Assembly: GCA_038045665.1 (NCBI GenBank)
Contig: JBBSXW010000068.1
Coordinates: forward strand, 3,251-51,922
Length of the DNA stretch: 48,672 nucleotides
Reading direction: 5' to 3'
Source of the DNA: Nanobdellota archaeon
Lineage (GTDB): Archaea > Nanobdellota > Nanobdellia > SCGC-AAA011-G17 > JACPIM01
In this document: positions 1-9,361 of the stretch, piece after piece
Layout: every line of letters begins with the position of its first letter
Numbering within the stretch: position 1 is the stretch's first letter
Made by a program: the position numbers and the translations under genes
The notes under the pieces: generated by a model
What the model saw: only the letters and a program-made list of their open reading frames with translations
What the model was told of the DNA's origin: nothing
Database searches by the model: none

Positions 1-1404
1 GTAAAAAAAGAGCAGGATTTCTCAGAGTGGTATGTCCAAGTAGTAAGAAAGGCTGAACTTGCAGATTATTCAGCAGTAAAGGGCTGTATGATCATTAAAC
101 CACATGCGTATTCTATCTGGGAAAATATTCAATCACATTTCAATAAACAGCTAAAAAATCTAAATGTAAAAAACGCCTACTTTCCTTTATTTATTCCGGA
201 ATCATTTTTTAAAAAAGAAGCAGAACACGCAAAAGGATTCTCGCCGGAAGTAGCCTGGATTTCAAACACAGAAGAAGGAGAAAGGTTAGCGATAAGGCCG
301 ACTTCAGAAACAATTATGTACGATTCTTTTTCCAAATGGATCAGAAGTCATAGAGATTTACCATTGAGAATCAACCAATGGAGCAACGTAGTAAGGTGGG
401 ATACTAAAGCAATCAGATTATTCATAAGAACTAGGGAATTCTTATGGCAGGAAGGGCATTGTGTATATGAAACAGAAAAAGAATGCGAAAAAGAAACATT
501 GCTTTACCTAAATGAATATAAAAAACTATGCGAAACTATGCTAGCCATACCGATATTAGCAGGAAAAAAAAGTGAAAAAGAAAAATTTGCGGGTGCAGTT
601 TATACTCTAAGTATTGATGCATTAATGCCAGATGGAAAAGCCTTGCAAATGGGAACTTCCCATAATCTTGGGCAAGACTTCGCAAAATCGTTCAATATAA
701 GATTCCTAGGTAAAGATGAAAAAGAACATGTTCCATGGCAGAATTCCTGGGGAATCTCAACTAGATTAATTGGTGCAATGGTAATGACTCATGGTGACGA
801 CAAAGGTTTGGTAATACCTCCGAACATAGCAACAACTAAAATAGTTATTATTCCTATATTTAACGAAAAAACAAAGGAAAAAATACTGAAAAAAGCAAAT
901 GAAATAAAAAACAAATTAAATAAATACAATCCGATTCTTGATGATCGAGACCACACCCCTGGCTGGAAATACAATGAATGGGAGCTTAAAGGCATTCCTA
1001 TTAGAATTGAAATTGGACCGAAAGATCTTGAAAAAAAACAAGTGGTCTTAGTCAGAAGGGATACCAGCCAAAAAAAGTCTGTTAAAATCACAAATCTGTT
1101 AAAAGAAGCAGAAAAAACTTTAAAAGACATTCAAGATAGTTTATTCAACAAGGCAAAAAAGCTCCTAGACCAAAATACAGTTTACGCAAAAAGCCTATCA
1201 GACCTAAAAAAAGCCATTCAAAATAGAAAATTGGCAAAAATCCCTTGGTGCGGCTCTGTTGAATGCGAAGATAATATCAAAGATCAGACCGAAGGTGCAA
1301 AAATAATCAATATTCCTTTCGAACAGCCAAAATCAATTAAAGATAATTGTGCATATTGCAACAAAAAGGCAAAGAATATTGTTCATGTTGCTAAAAGTTA
1401 CTAA
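1..1404 (+). CDS. proS: Prolyl-tRNA synthetase, archaeal/eukaryal type (5' end off window)
   Basis: Frame 1 is open from base 1 (VKKEQDFSEWYVQVVRKAELADY...) and continues into the listed ORF 88..1404. Class II aaRS blocks are present (RPTSET, FIRTREFLWQEGH, GTSHNLGQ), plus a C-terminal Cys cluster (WCGSVECE...CAYC). Confidence 0.9.
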   Translation, partial: VKKEQDFSEWYVQVVRKAELADYSAVKGCMIIKPHAYSIWENIQSHFNKQLKNLNVKNAYFPLFIPESFFKKEAEHAKGFSPEVAWISNTEEGERLAIRPTSETIMYDSFSKWIRSHRDLPLRINQWSNVVRWDTKAIRLFIRTREFLWQEGHCVYETEKECEKETLLYLNEYKKLCETMLAIPILAGKKSEKEKFAGAVYTLSIDALMPDGKALQMGTSHNLGQDFAKSFNIRFLGKDEKEHVPWQNSWGISTRLIGAMVMTHGDDKGLVIPPNIATTKIVIIPIFNEKTKEKILKKANEIKNKLNKYNPILDDRDHTPGWKYNEWELKGIPIRIEIGPKDLEKKQVVLVRRDTSQKKSVKITNLLKEAEKTLKDIQDSLFNKAKKLLDQNTVYAKSLSDLKKAIQNRKLAKIPWCGSVECEDNIKDQTEGAKIINIPFEQPKSIKDNCAYCNKKAKNIVHVAKSY

Positions 1405-3311
1405 AACCAACTTCTCACCTTATTCCAAAATCTAGCAAAAAAAGGCACATCCTCAACAATTAAAGGATAAACTCTTTCAATAAAATACCCCTCCTCACCT
1501 TCATCTTTATATTTAATCTTAATTTTCAAGCCGGAAACTAATCGTTTAGAATTAACACTAAATTGTACAGGTTTTTTTCCTTCTAATTCTATAAATTCGA
1601 TAATCCCTATATTCTCGATATCCAAAACAACATCCTTAGCTTTAAAATCAGAATTCACATCAAAAGTAACTTCTGTTTCAACGTCATATCCAACATTTTC
1701 AGGAAAAATATCAGTGATATATATTTCAGGCACTTTAATAACATCAAGTTCCAAAGTTTCTTTCTTAACGAAATTCTCATTCTCAACAACAAAAATAAAG
1801 CTATCTCGAGCAAATAATTCGTATTCAAAACTCTTCCTTTCGCCAATTCCAAAACTCTCCAAAGTACAATCATTATCTAAACATACATTAACATTTGCGA
1901 TAAAACTAGTTCCTCTATTAAAAACCTCGCAATTAATCTTTACTCTCTCATCCGACCTATATCCCCTTTCTTCGTAGCTACAATCAACATCAACATCAAC
2001 AAAAGGCTCTTTCTCATTTCGTTTACTCAAACTATCAGTAATATCTAAAACCTCTTCTTCAGAAAAAAAATCTCCTGTTTTAGCATAGAAAATCTTTCCT
2101 CTTGCCACAGAATTAAAAGAATCTTTAACTTCTAATTCAGAGGTATAAACAAATTTTTCATCCAAATCGTCAGGAACTTTAGAAATCCAAAAAACACTTC
2201 TAACCTCATTAGGAGCTAACAAGACAGCGAGACTATTATCCTCAACATTGGGCCCCCTACTTAAAAAAAGAGTCGTAGCAACATAAAAATCCTGTTTATT
2301 CTCCACAATTACCTCAATTGGGAAATAGCTCCCAAAACGTAGTTTATCTTTTAAAGGTTTGATATCTAATCTTGCTAAATTAGGAAACTTTTCACCAGTA
2401 TTCTCTACCCGAGTCACTAAATCCAGATCTCCAGCTTGAACATCTACATTAACGCTTTTCCATGAGTATTCAACACTGCTCTCGCCAGAATCAACAGTGT
2501 CGCTCAGTTTAAGATGGCTAGGGTCAACCCATCCATGCTGCCCAAATGTAACATCCCAAGGTAGCCATCCTTTTCCGGGAAAATAAACTTCAGCCCATCC
2601 ATGATTCCCCCAGCCAATGCCTTCTCCTCCATAAACAGTACCTGTAACAAACCTGGCAGGAATACCAATCATCCTTAGCATAGAAATAAACAAATTAGTT
2701 AGCTCGTCGCAAACCCCCTGTCTATTTTGCAAAACCCAGCTGGATTTTTGCACAGCCTTGGCAGTAATAGTATTCAAGTCGTATTCGACATTGTTTTGTA
2801 TCCAGTCAGCAATCTTAAACACAACCATATAATAATCATCTTCTCCTCTTACTATCTCGTTTGCTTGTCTCTTTATTTCATTATCAAAATCAATAAAATT
2901 TCCTTCTCCTAAATATTCATCAAATTCAGCATCAATCTCAGCCGGAAACCTTATTTTTGATTTTATTTTAATAAGATCATTTCTAACACGAACCTTAGAA
3001 GATATGCCATACTCATACTTAGGATACAAACCTTTCCATAAATACTCATAATTTCCATTCACTGTGATTTTTGCTTCAGGATTAGCTATAGTCTCTAAAC
3101 CTATAATCTGCTGCCTAGAATCCTCCGTAGGAAATAATTTTAAAACCACCCTTAACGAATCCAATCTCCCGCCATTTGAAGTCACAAATAGCTCAGAACC
3201 TATCTTAAAATCTAAGGTTATATCCTGATAGTCATCATAAGTTTGGGAAATAGCCCGTGGCACTAAAAGCAAGGCTAATATAAGTATCACCACTTTTTTC
3301 ATAATAAACAT
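1401..3311 (-). CDS. Secreted or anchored transglutaminase-like protein
   Basis: N-terminal signal/anchor MFIMKKVVILILALLLVPRAISQ. Transglutaminase-core Cys-His-Asp pattern (QGVCDELTNLF ... NHGWAEVYF ... WLPWDVT). Confidence 0.7.
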   Translation of the reverse strand: MFIMKKVVILILALLLVPRAISQTYDDYQDITLDFKIGSELFVTSNGGRLDSLRVVLKLFPTEDSRQQIIGLETIANPEAKITVNGNYEYLWKGLYPKYEYGISSKVRVRNDLIKIKSKIRFPAEIDAEFDEYLGEGNFIDFDNEIKRQANEIVRGEDDYYMVVFKIADWIQNNVEYDLNTITAKAVQKSSWVLQNRQGVCDELTNLFISMLRMIGIPARFVTGTVYGGEGIGWGNHGWAEVYFPGKGWLPWDVTFGQHGWVDPSHLKLSDTVDSGESSVEYSWKSVNVDVQAGDLDLVTRVENTGEKFPNLARLDIKPLKDKLRFGSYFPIEVIVENKQDFYVATTLFLSRGPNVEDNSLAVLLAPNEVRSVFWISKVPDDLDEKFVYTSELEVKDSFNSVARGKIFYAKTGDFFSEEEVLDITDSLSKRNEKEPFVDVDVDCSYEERGYRSDERVKINCEVFNRGTSFIANVNVCLDNDCTLESFGIGERKSFEYELFARDSFIFVVENENFVKKETLELDVIKVPEIYITDIFPENVGYDVETEVTFDVNSDFKAKDVVLDIENIGIIEFIELEGKKPVQFSVNSKRLVSGLKIKIKYKDEGEEGYFIERVYPLIVEDVPFFARFWNKVRSWF

Positions 3312-3393
3312 AGCTGAATTATCGTTTAAATTATTTTCTGATTGCTATTTCAAATTATAATAAAAAAATAATGCTTGATTAACAACAATAATA

Positions 3394-3400
3394 TTTATAA
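3394..3400 (+). promoter_or_regulatory. TATA-like box (TTTATAA) upstream of nrdR-nrdJ
   Basis: AT-rich TATA-like heptamer about 20 nt upstream of the first NrdR box and about 100 nt upstream of the nrdR start. Confidence 0.35.
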
Positions 3401-3416
3401 GTACTGATTTTAACAA

Positions 3417-3463
3417 ACACAAGATATTGTATTATTTTAACAATTTTACACAATATATTGTAT
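3417..3463 (+). promoter_or_regulatory. Tandem NrdR boxes (operator of nrdR-nrdJ)
   Basis: Two near-identical 16-nt palindromic sites: ACACAAGATATTGTAT (3417-3432) and ACACAATATATTGTAT (3448-3463). Both fit the remembered NrdR-box consensus acaCwAtATaTwGtgt. Their starts are 31 nt apart (about three helical turns), directly upstream of nrdR. Confidence 0.75.
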
Positions 3464-3495
3464 CCATTTTAGAGTAAAAACAGAGGTGTTCAAAA

Positions 3496-3948
3496 ATTAA
3501 ATGCCCCTACTGCTATCATGAAGAAACCAAAGTCTTGGATAAGAGAGACCCAGAAGAATCACTTACGACAAGAAGAAGGCGCGAATGCCTAAAATGCAAT
3601 AAAAGATTCACAACCTATGAAAGAATAGAAACAGATCTTATTGTTATCAAAAAAGAAAATTCAAGGGAAAAATTTTCGAGAGAAAAGCTGAAAGCAGGCA
3701 TTCTAAAAGCAATAGAAAAAAGACCTGTTTCCTTAGAGCAATTGAATAAGCTACTCGACAATATAGAAGCAAATTTAAGAAACAGAAGCTCATCTGAAAT
3801 AAGTTCTCAAGTCATAGGTGAATTAGTCATGCGAAAATTAAAATCCCTAGATCAAGTAGCTTATATAAGATTCGCATCCGTCTATAGAGAATTTCAAGAT
3901 CCATCTTCATTTATAGAAGAAATAAAAATATTAAGCAAAAAGGGGTGA
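3496..3948 (+). CDS. nrdR: Transcriptional repressor NrdR (Zn-ribbon + ATP-cone), probable ATT start
   Basis: Zn-ribbon CPYC...CLKC and ATP-cone (IVIKKENSREKFSREKL...VAYIRFASVY). The listed TTG start at 3535 removes the first CxxC. There is no ATG/GTG/TTG in frame after the TAA at 3475. ATT at 3496 gives the canonical MKCPYC N-terminus and lies 7 nt after GAGGTG (3483-3488). Confidence 0.8.
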   Translation: MKCPYCYHEETKVLDKRDPEESLTTRRRRECLKCNKRFTTYERIETDLIVIKKENSREKFSREKLKAGILKAIEKRPVSLEQLNKLLDNIEANLRNRSSSEISSQVIGELVMRKLKSLDQVAYIRFASVYREFQDPSSFIEEIKILSKKG

Positions 3949-3952
3949 TTAA

Positions 3953-6900
3953 ATGTCAATAAAAACTATAACAAAACAAGGGCTCAAAATCGAAAGGAAA
4001 TTCACAAGACAAGGAATTAATCCTTTAGAAGAAGTAGAATATGAAACTAAATCATCAAAAATAACAGAGCCAGATGGAACTATCATATTTCAAATGGATA
4101 ATATTGAAGCTCCCAAATCATGGTCGCAATTAGCTATAGACATAGCAGCATCAAAATATTTCAAAAGAGCGCAAGTCCCGACTCCGGAAGGAAGAGAAAC
4201 AAGCGTCAAGCAAATGGTCTCGCGGGTTTCATCTACAATAAGACAATTTGGAGAAGAAAATAATTATTTTGAAACAAAAGAAGATGCACAAGCTTTTGAA
4301 GATGAATTAAACTACATGTTAATAAACCAAATGGGCGCATTTAACTCCCCAGTATGGTTTAACGTTGGACTCTTCCATAAGTATGGCATTATAGGAAACA
4401 AACCAGGCACATATTTTTATAATTTAAAAACAGATCAAGTAGAAGAATGCGAAGATTCATATTCTCATCCTCAAGCATCAGCATGCTTCATCCAAAAAAT
4501 AGAAGATTCACTAGACTCAATTTACGAATTAATAACTAATGAGTCTAAGATTTTTAAATTTGGTTCCGGTACTGGGACGAATTTCTCATCATTGAGAGGA
4601 GTAGAAGAACCATTGTCAGGAGGTGGAAAATCCTCGGGCTTAATGTCTTATTTAAGAATCCTCGATAGAAGCGCAGCTGCAGTAAAATCAGGCGGCATCA
4701 CAAGAAGGGCCGCAAAGATGTGCGTCCTGGATATGGATCATCCTGAAATAGAAGACTACATAATGTGGAAAGTAAAAGAAGAAGATAAAGTGCAAGCATT
4801 AATAGCCGCAGGCTATACCTCAGATTTCAATGGAGAAGCTTATCAAACAGTTTCAGGGCAAAACTCAAACAATTCAGTCATGATTCCTGACAAATTCATG
4901 AAGACCGTTATAGAAGATAAAGATTGGCCGACAATAGAAAGAACAACTAAAAAAATAAGGAAAACTTACAAAGCACGCGATTTAATGAAAATGATTTCAG
5001 AAGCAGCCTGGCGTTGCGCAGATCCTGGAGTTATGTTCTACGATACAATGAACAAATGGAATGTATGCGCAGACACAGAACATATACACTCAACTAATCC
5101 ATGCGCCGAATTTGTATTTCTAGACGGAACTGCATGCAATTTAGCATCAATTAATCTAATGAAACTAATGAATGAAGACGTATTCGATATTGAATCATTC
5201 AGACATGCATGTAAAATATTCATAATAGCCCAAGAGATTATTGTTGATTTAGCATCATATCCCATACAAATAATCGCAAAAAGAAGTCATGATTTGAGAC
5301 CTCTAGGTTTAGGACATGCAAATCTTGGTACACTGTTAATGACGCAAAGCATTCCATATGATTCTGAAAAAGGCAGAGCAATTGCAACAGCCATAACAGC
5401 CATACTAACAGGGCACGCCTATAAAATTTCAGCAGAAATTGCAGCCATAAGGGGTTCTTTCCCAGACTATGAAAAAAACAAGGGCTCAATGATGAGAGTA
5501 ATGAGTATGCACAGAGAAGCTGCGTATAAAATTGATGTTCGTCATTGTCCATCTTACCTTTTGGATGCGGCAAGAGAAGATTGGGATCAAGTTGTAGAAC
5601 TAGGAGAAAAATACGGTTTTAGAAATGCTCAAGCAACAGTACTCGCGCCTACTGGATGCCTAGTAGGTAATTCATTAGTACCAACAGAAAATGGATTAGT
5701 GAGACTAAAAAATCTTGGAAATCCTCGAGGAGATCAATGGCAAGATACATCATTTGAAGTAATGACAGACGAAGGGCCAAGAAAGGCAACTAAATTTTAT
5801 ATTAATGGTATGGCAAAAACAAGAACAATTAAAACATCATCAGGTTATGAAATACAAGGAACCGAACAACACAAAATAAAAGTTCTAAATCCAGAAAACA
5901 AAGAATTTGTGTGGAAAAAAGTTTCTGATGTAAAAGAGGGGGATATAGTGCCACTAGCAATGAATACTTTATTCGGAAAAACACAAGAAGTTCTCTTACC
6001 ACCAATACCAGAATTACATTGGAATTGTGATTTTGAATTAAAGACGCCAAAAAATATGTCAGAGTCTTTAGCAGAAATTATTGGTTATTTCATGGGAGAT
6101 GGTAGTCTCCATAGCAAAGGATTGAGATTTTGTGTATCTAATGAAGATATAGATGTTGTAGAACATTTAGGAAAAATCATAAAAAATCTATTTAATAAAG
6201 ATATCAAAGTTTCTCAATGCAAGGGATACAAAGAAGTGGCAATTAACTCTGTACCATTAACAATGTGGTGGGATGCCTGCGGATTCTCTAAAATAAAACC
6301 ATCAGAAGAACATTATGGAAAGGGCTATAAGCCTTACATCCCAGAGGCTATACTCCATACTAATAGCAAAGATATTTACTCTGCTTTCTTAAGGGGGTTA
6401 TTTGAAGCAGATGGCACAATAACAGTAGGGAATCCTTCCTTCTCGACTGTAAACAAAGAATTCTCAGAAGAAATTAAAACACTACTTCTTTGTCTTGGCT
6501 ACCCAACAACAACAAAAATAGATGTTTCCGGATGGGGAAAATCTGCTTTATACGTATTAAGATTGAAAAATATTTCATATAATGAATACTTCATGAAAAA
6601 CATTAGTTTTATCGGAAAAAGAAAAATAAACAAAGTCAATTTAAACAGAAGCTTACAAACAGGCAACAGAGACTATGTATATTTATCAGAAGAAACAGTA
6701 GATGAAGTCGCACCAGTTGGAAATTCACATAGGGACGTTGTATTGGTTTCTCTCAAAAGACCCGGGGCTATCCCAAGAGAAAGAATAATAAGCATATATC
6801 AAGACACCCAAAATCCAAAATTACTTAGAGCTCTGCAGTTTTTCTATGACACTATTGAAAGCAACGATGATGGCGGAATACAGCCTACATATGACTTGTC

Positions 6901-8053
6901 TGTTCCAGAAAATGTAACGTACGTGGCTAATGGTTTTGTGAGCCATAATACTATAGCTTTGCTCATGGGGTGCGATACAACAGGCATAGAACCAGAATTT
7001 TCACTAATAAAGTGGAAAAAGCTTGCAGGTGGCGGCCATTTCAAAATTATAAATGCTTCCATAGAAAAAGCCCTTCAGAAGCTTAATTACGACGAAATTG
7101 AAATAAAAGAAATCATCGATTACATATCAGAAAATGGGAACATAGAACACGCACCATATATTAAAAAAGAACATATTCCAATTTTTGATTGCGCAAATAA
7201 AAATCCAGGAGGCTCAAGATTCATAGAGCCAATGGGCCATGTGAAAATGATGGCTACCGTCCAACCTTTTGTAAGTGGTGCAATTAGCAAAACAGTTAAT
7301 TTACCAAACGAAGCAACTGTAAAAGATATCCAAGACATATATTTCCAAGCCTGGCGCCTAGGATTAAAAGACATTGCTCTATACAGAGATGGCTGTAAGC
7401 TTTCCCAACCGTTAAATACAAAATTAGAGCAAGAAAAAAGTTCATCAGTAATGGAACGCGGAACGCAGAAAAAACTTCCATACAAACGAAAAGGAATCAC
7501 AATTGCAACAAAAATAAGTGGAAATAAAATTTTCTTAAGAACCGGAGAATACATAGATGGAAAAATAGGAGAAATCTTCATAGACATGCATAAAGCAGGC
7601 TCATCTTACAAAAGCCTATTAAACTGCTTTGCAATTGCAGTATCAACAGGCCTACAATATGGTGTTCCTCTAGAAAAATACGTTGAAATGTTCACATTTA
7701 CAAGATTTGAGCCAAGTGGATTAACCGATCATCCAAATATTAAATCAGCCACATCGGTAATAGATTTCATATTCAGAGTCTTAGGAATGGAATACCTTGA
7801 TAGAACCGATTTCGTCCATGTTCCTCCTAAACTTCATCCAGAAATTCAAGATCTGCCAAAAAAATCCAAAGAAGAAAGTAAAAAATCAGAAACTCAAGCA
7901 AAACTTCTTAATGACACGCTTGCATCAAAAGAAAAACATCTCAGTAACATGCTCGGCGATGCTCCATTATGCGACCAATGCGGCCACACAACAATTAGAA
8001 ACGGCTCATGCTACAAATGCCTAAACTGTGGCAACTCTATGGGTTGTTCTTAA
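3953..8053 (+). CDS. nrdJ: Class II (B12-dependent) ribonucleotide reductase, intein-containing
   Basis: N-terminal block [14 protein letters not shown], active-site NPCAEF (Asn-x-Cys-x-Glu), and a C-terminal CxxC...CxxC tail (CDQCGH...[11 protein letters not shown]). No small-subunit gene is nearby. An insertion with intein hallmarks interrupts it. Confidence 0.85.
   Translation: [1366 protein letters not shown]
5657..6949 (+). mobile_element. Intein with LAGLIDADG homing-endonuclease domain inside nrdJ (431 aa)
   Basis: The insertion starts with Cys ([11 protein letters not shown]) and ends VSHN|T. Two LAGLIDADG blocks are present ([23 protein letters not shown]). Deleting 5657-6949 restores a contiguous conserved RNR block, [23 protein letters not shown]. 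Confidence 0.85.
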
Positions 8054-8096
8054 ACCTTTCTAAAGAAATATAAATCAATCGAAATGGGAATGACCA

Positions 8097-8363
8097 ATGA
8101 TTATATGGCTATTAAACATCCTAGACTTAATAGTGGCGCTTATCTTAATAGGCGCACATTTCAATATCCTCATTTATCTAGTAATTCCTGCCATAATTTA
8201 TCTTGTTGTAAAGGGAATAATTTTCATAAAAGACCCTTTTTCAATTATAGACATAGCAATCGCGGTTTACCTAGCAATATTGGCATCTGGAATAAAAACG
8301 TTCCTAACCTGGATTTTTGTACTCTATTTATTATACAAAACAATAATTAGTTTTCAAATATAG
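8097..8363 (+). CDS. Small integral membrane protein (3 predicted TM helices)
   Basis: Hydrophobic 88-aa ORF between nrdJ and trx. The overlapping frame 8084..8350 looks non-coding (Asn/Arg/His/Cys-rich, no structure). Confidence 0.45.
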   Translation: MIIWLLNILDLIVALILIGAHFNILIYLVIPAIIYLVVKGIIFIKDPFSIIDIAIAVYLAILASGIKTFLTWIFVLYLLYKTIISFQI

Positions 8364-8401
8364 AAAATCTTATAACTCAAAATATTAAAAAAATAAAAAA
8401 G

Positions 8402-8713
8402 ATGGTAGAAAAAATAACAAGTCAAAATTTTCAGAAAATCATTGATAAAGAAAAGCCAACTATAATAGATTTCTGGGCAGAATGGTGCACCCCTTGCAGA
8501 ATTCTATCTCCTATTTTCGAAGAACTCTCAAACGAAATAAAGACTGCAGACTTCTATAAACTTAATATAGAAGAAGAACAAGAATTAGCAAATAAGTTTG
8601 AAGTGATGTCTATACCTACATTAGTTATTATGAAAAACGGAAAAGAAATCGAAAGGATAATAGGTTTCTCAAACAAGGGCGCTTTAAAAGCTAAACTACT
8701 ATCAAAAATATGA
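8402..8713 (+). CDS. trxA: Thioredoxin (active site WCTPC)
   Basis: 103 aa with FWAEWCTPCR active-site motif and thioredoxin-fold spacing (...MSIPTLVIMKNGKE...). Confidence 0.85.
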   Translation: MVEKITSQNFQKIIDKEKPTIIDFWAEWCTPCRILSPIFEELSNEIKTADFYKLNIEEEQELANKFEVMSIPTLVIMKNGKEIERIIGFSNKGALKAKLLSKI

Positions 8714-9279
8714 TAATCGGCCTAACAGGAACATTTGGTTCTGGAAAAACAACAGTAGCAGATTATCTAAAATCTAAAAACTTTAGCTACATTACTCTTT
8801 CAGACCTAGTAAGGGAGCAGGCTCAAAAACAAGATCTACCAATTGAAAGAGAGATCCTCCAAAACATAGGAAATAAAATGCGAAAACTGCATGGCAATGG
8901 CTATTGGGCGCAGCAGGCATTAAAAAAAATTAATAATAAAAATAACTGGATAATTGATGGAATTAGAAATCCAGGAGAAGTTGAAGTCCTAAGGAAAATT
9001 AAAAATTTCACGCTCATAGCTTTAGACGCTCCAATAGAGATTAGGATAAAAAGGATTACTGAAAGAAAAGGCATTAGATCTGAAAGAAAGCATTCAGACC
9101 CGAACAATATAGAAGAAATAAAAAGACTGGAAGCTAGGGATCGTGGTGAAAAAGAAAGCGAAACAGGACAGCAAGTGGAAAAATGCATAGAACTTGCCGA
9201 TTATAAAATCAACACCAATACTTCAATAGAAGAAACGCTAAAAACCATAGGGAGAATATTAAAAAACAAAATCAATTAA
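8710..9279 (+). CDS. P-loop nucleotide/nucleoside kinase (CoaE-like / dNMP-kinase-like)
   Basis: Walker A GLTGTFGSGKTT at the N-terminus, IDGIRNPGEVE block, about 190 aa. The start overlaps the trx stop (ATGA). Confidence 0.55.
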   Translation: MIIGLTGTFGSGKTTVADYLKSKNFSYITLSDLVREQAQKQDLPIEREILQNIGNKMRKLHGNGYWAQQALKKINNKNNWIIDGIRNPGEVEVLRKIKNFTLIALDAPIEIRIKRITERKGIRSERKHSDPNNIEEIKRLEARDRGEKESETGQQVEKCIELADYKINTNTSIEETLKTIGRILKNKIN

Positions 9280-9361
9280 CCGCCATCCCGTGCCTATAGC
9301 AATGAAATCATAATTTTTTGACATTTAACCAATTGAATGCCAGAGCACATATAACTCTAAC

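Noticed and set aside
8084-8350. Alternative ORF 8084..8350 overlapping the small membrane protein
   Set aside because: Its frame gives an Asn/His/Arg/Cys-rich sequence with no structure. The 8097..8363 frame gives three clean hydrophobic helices.
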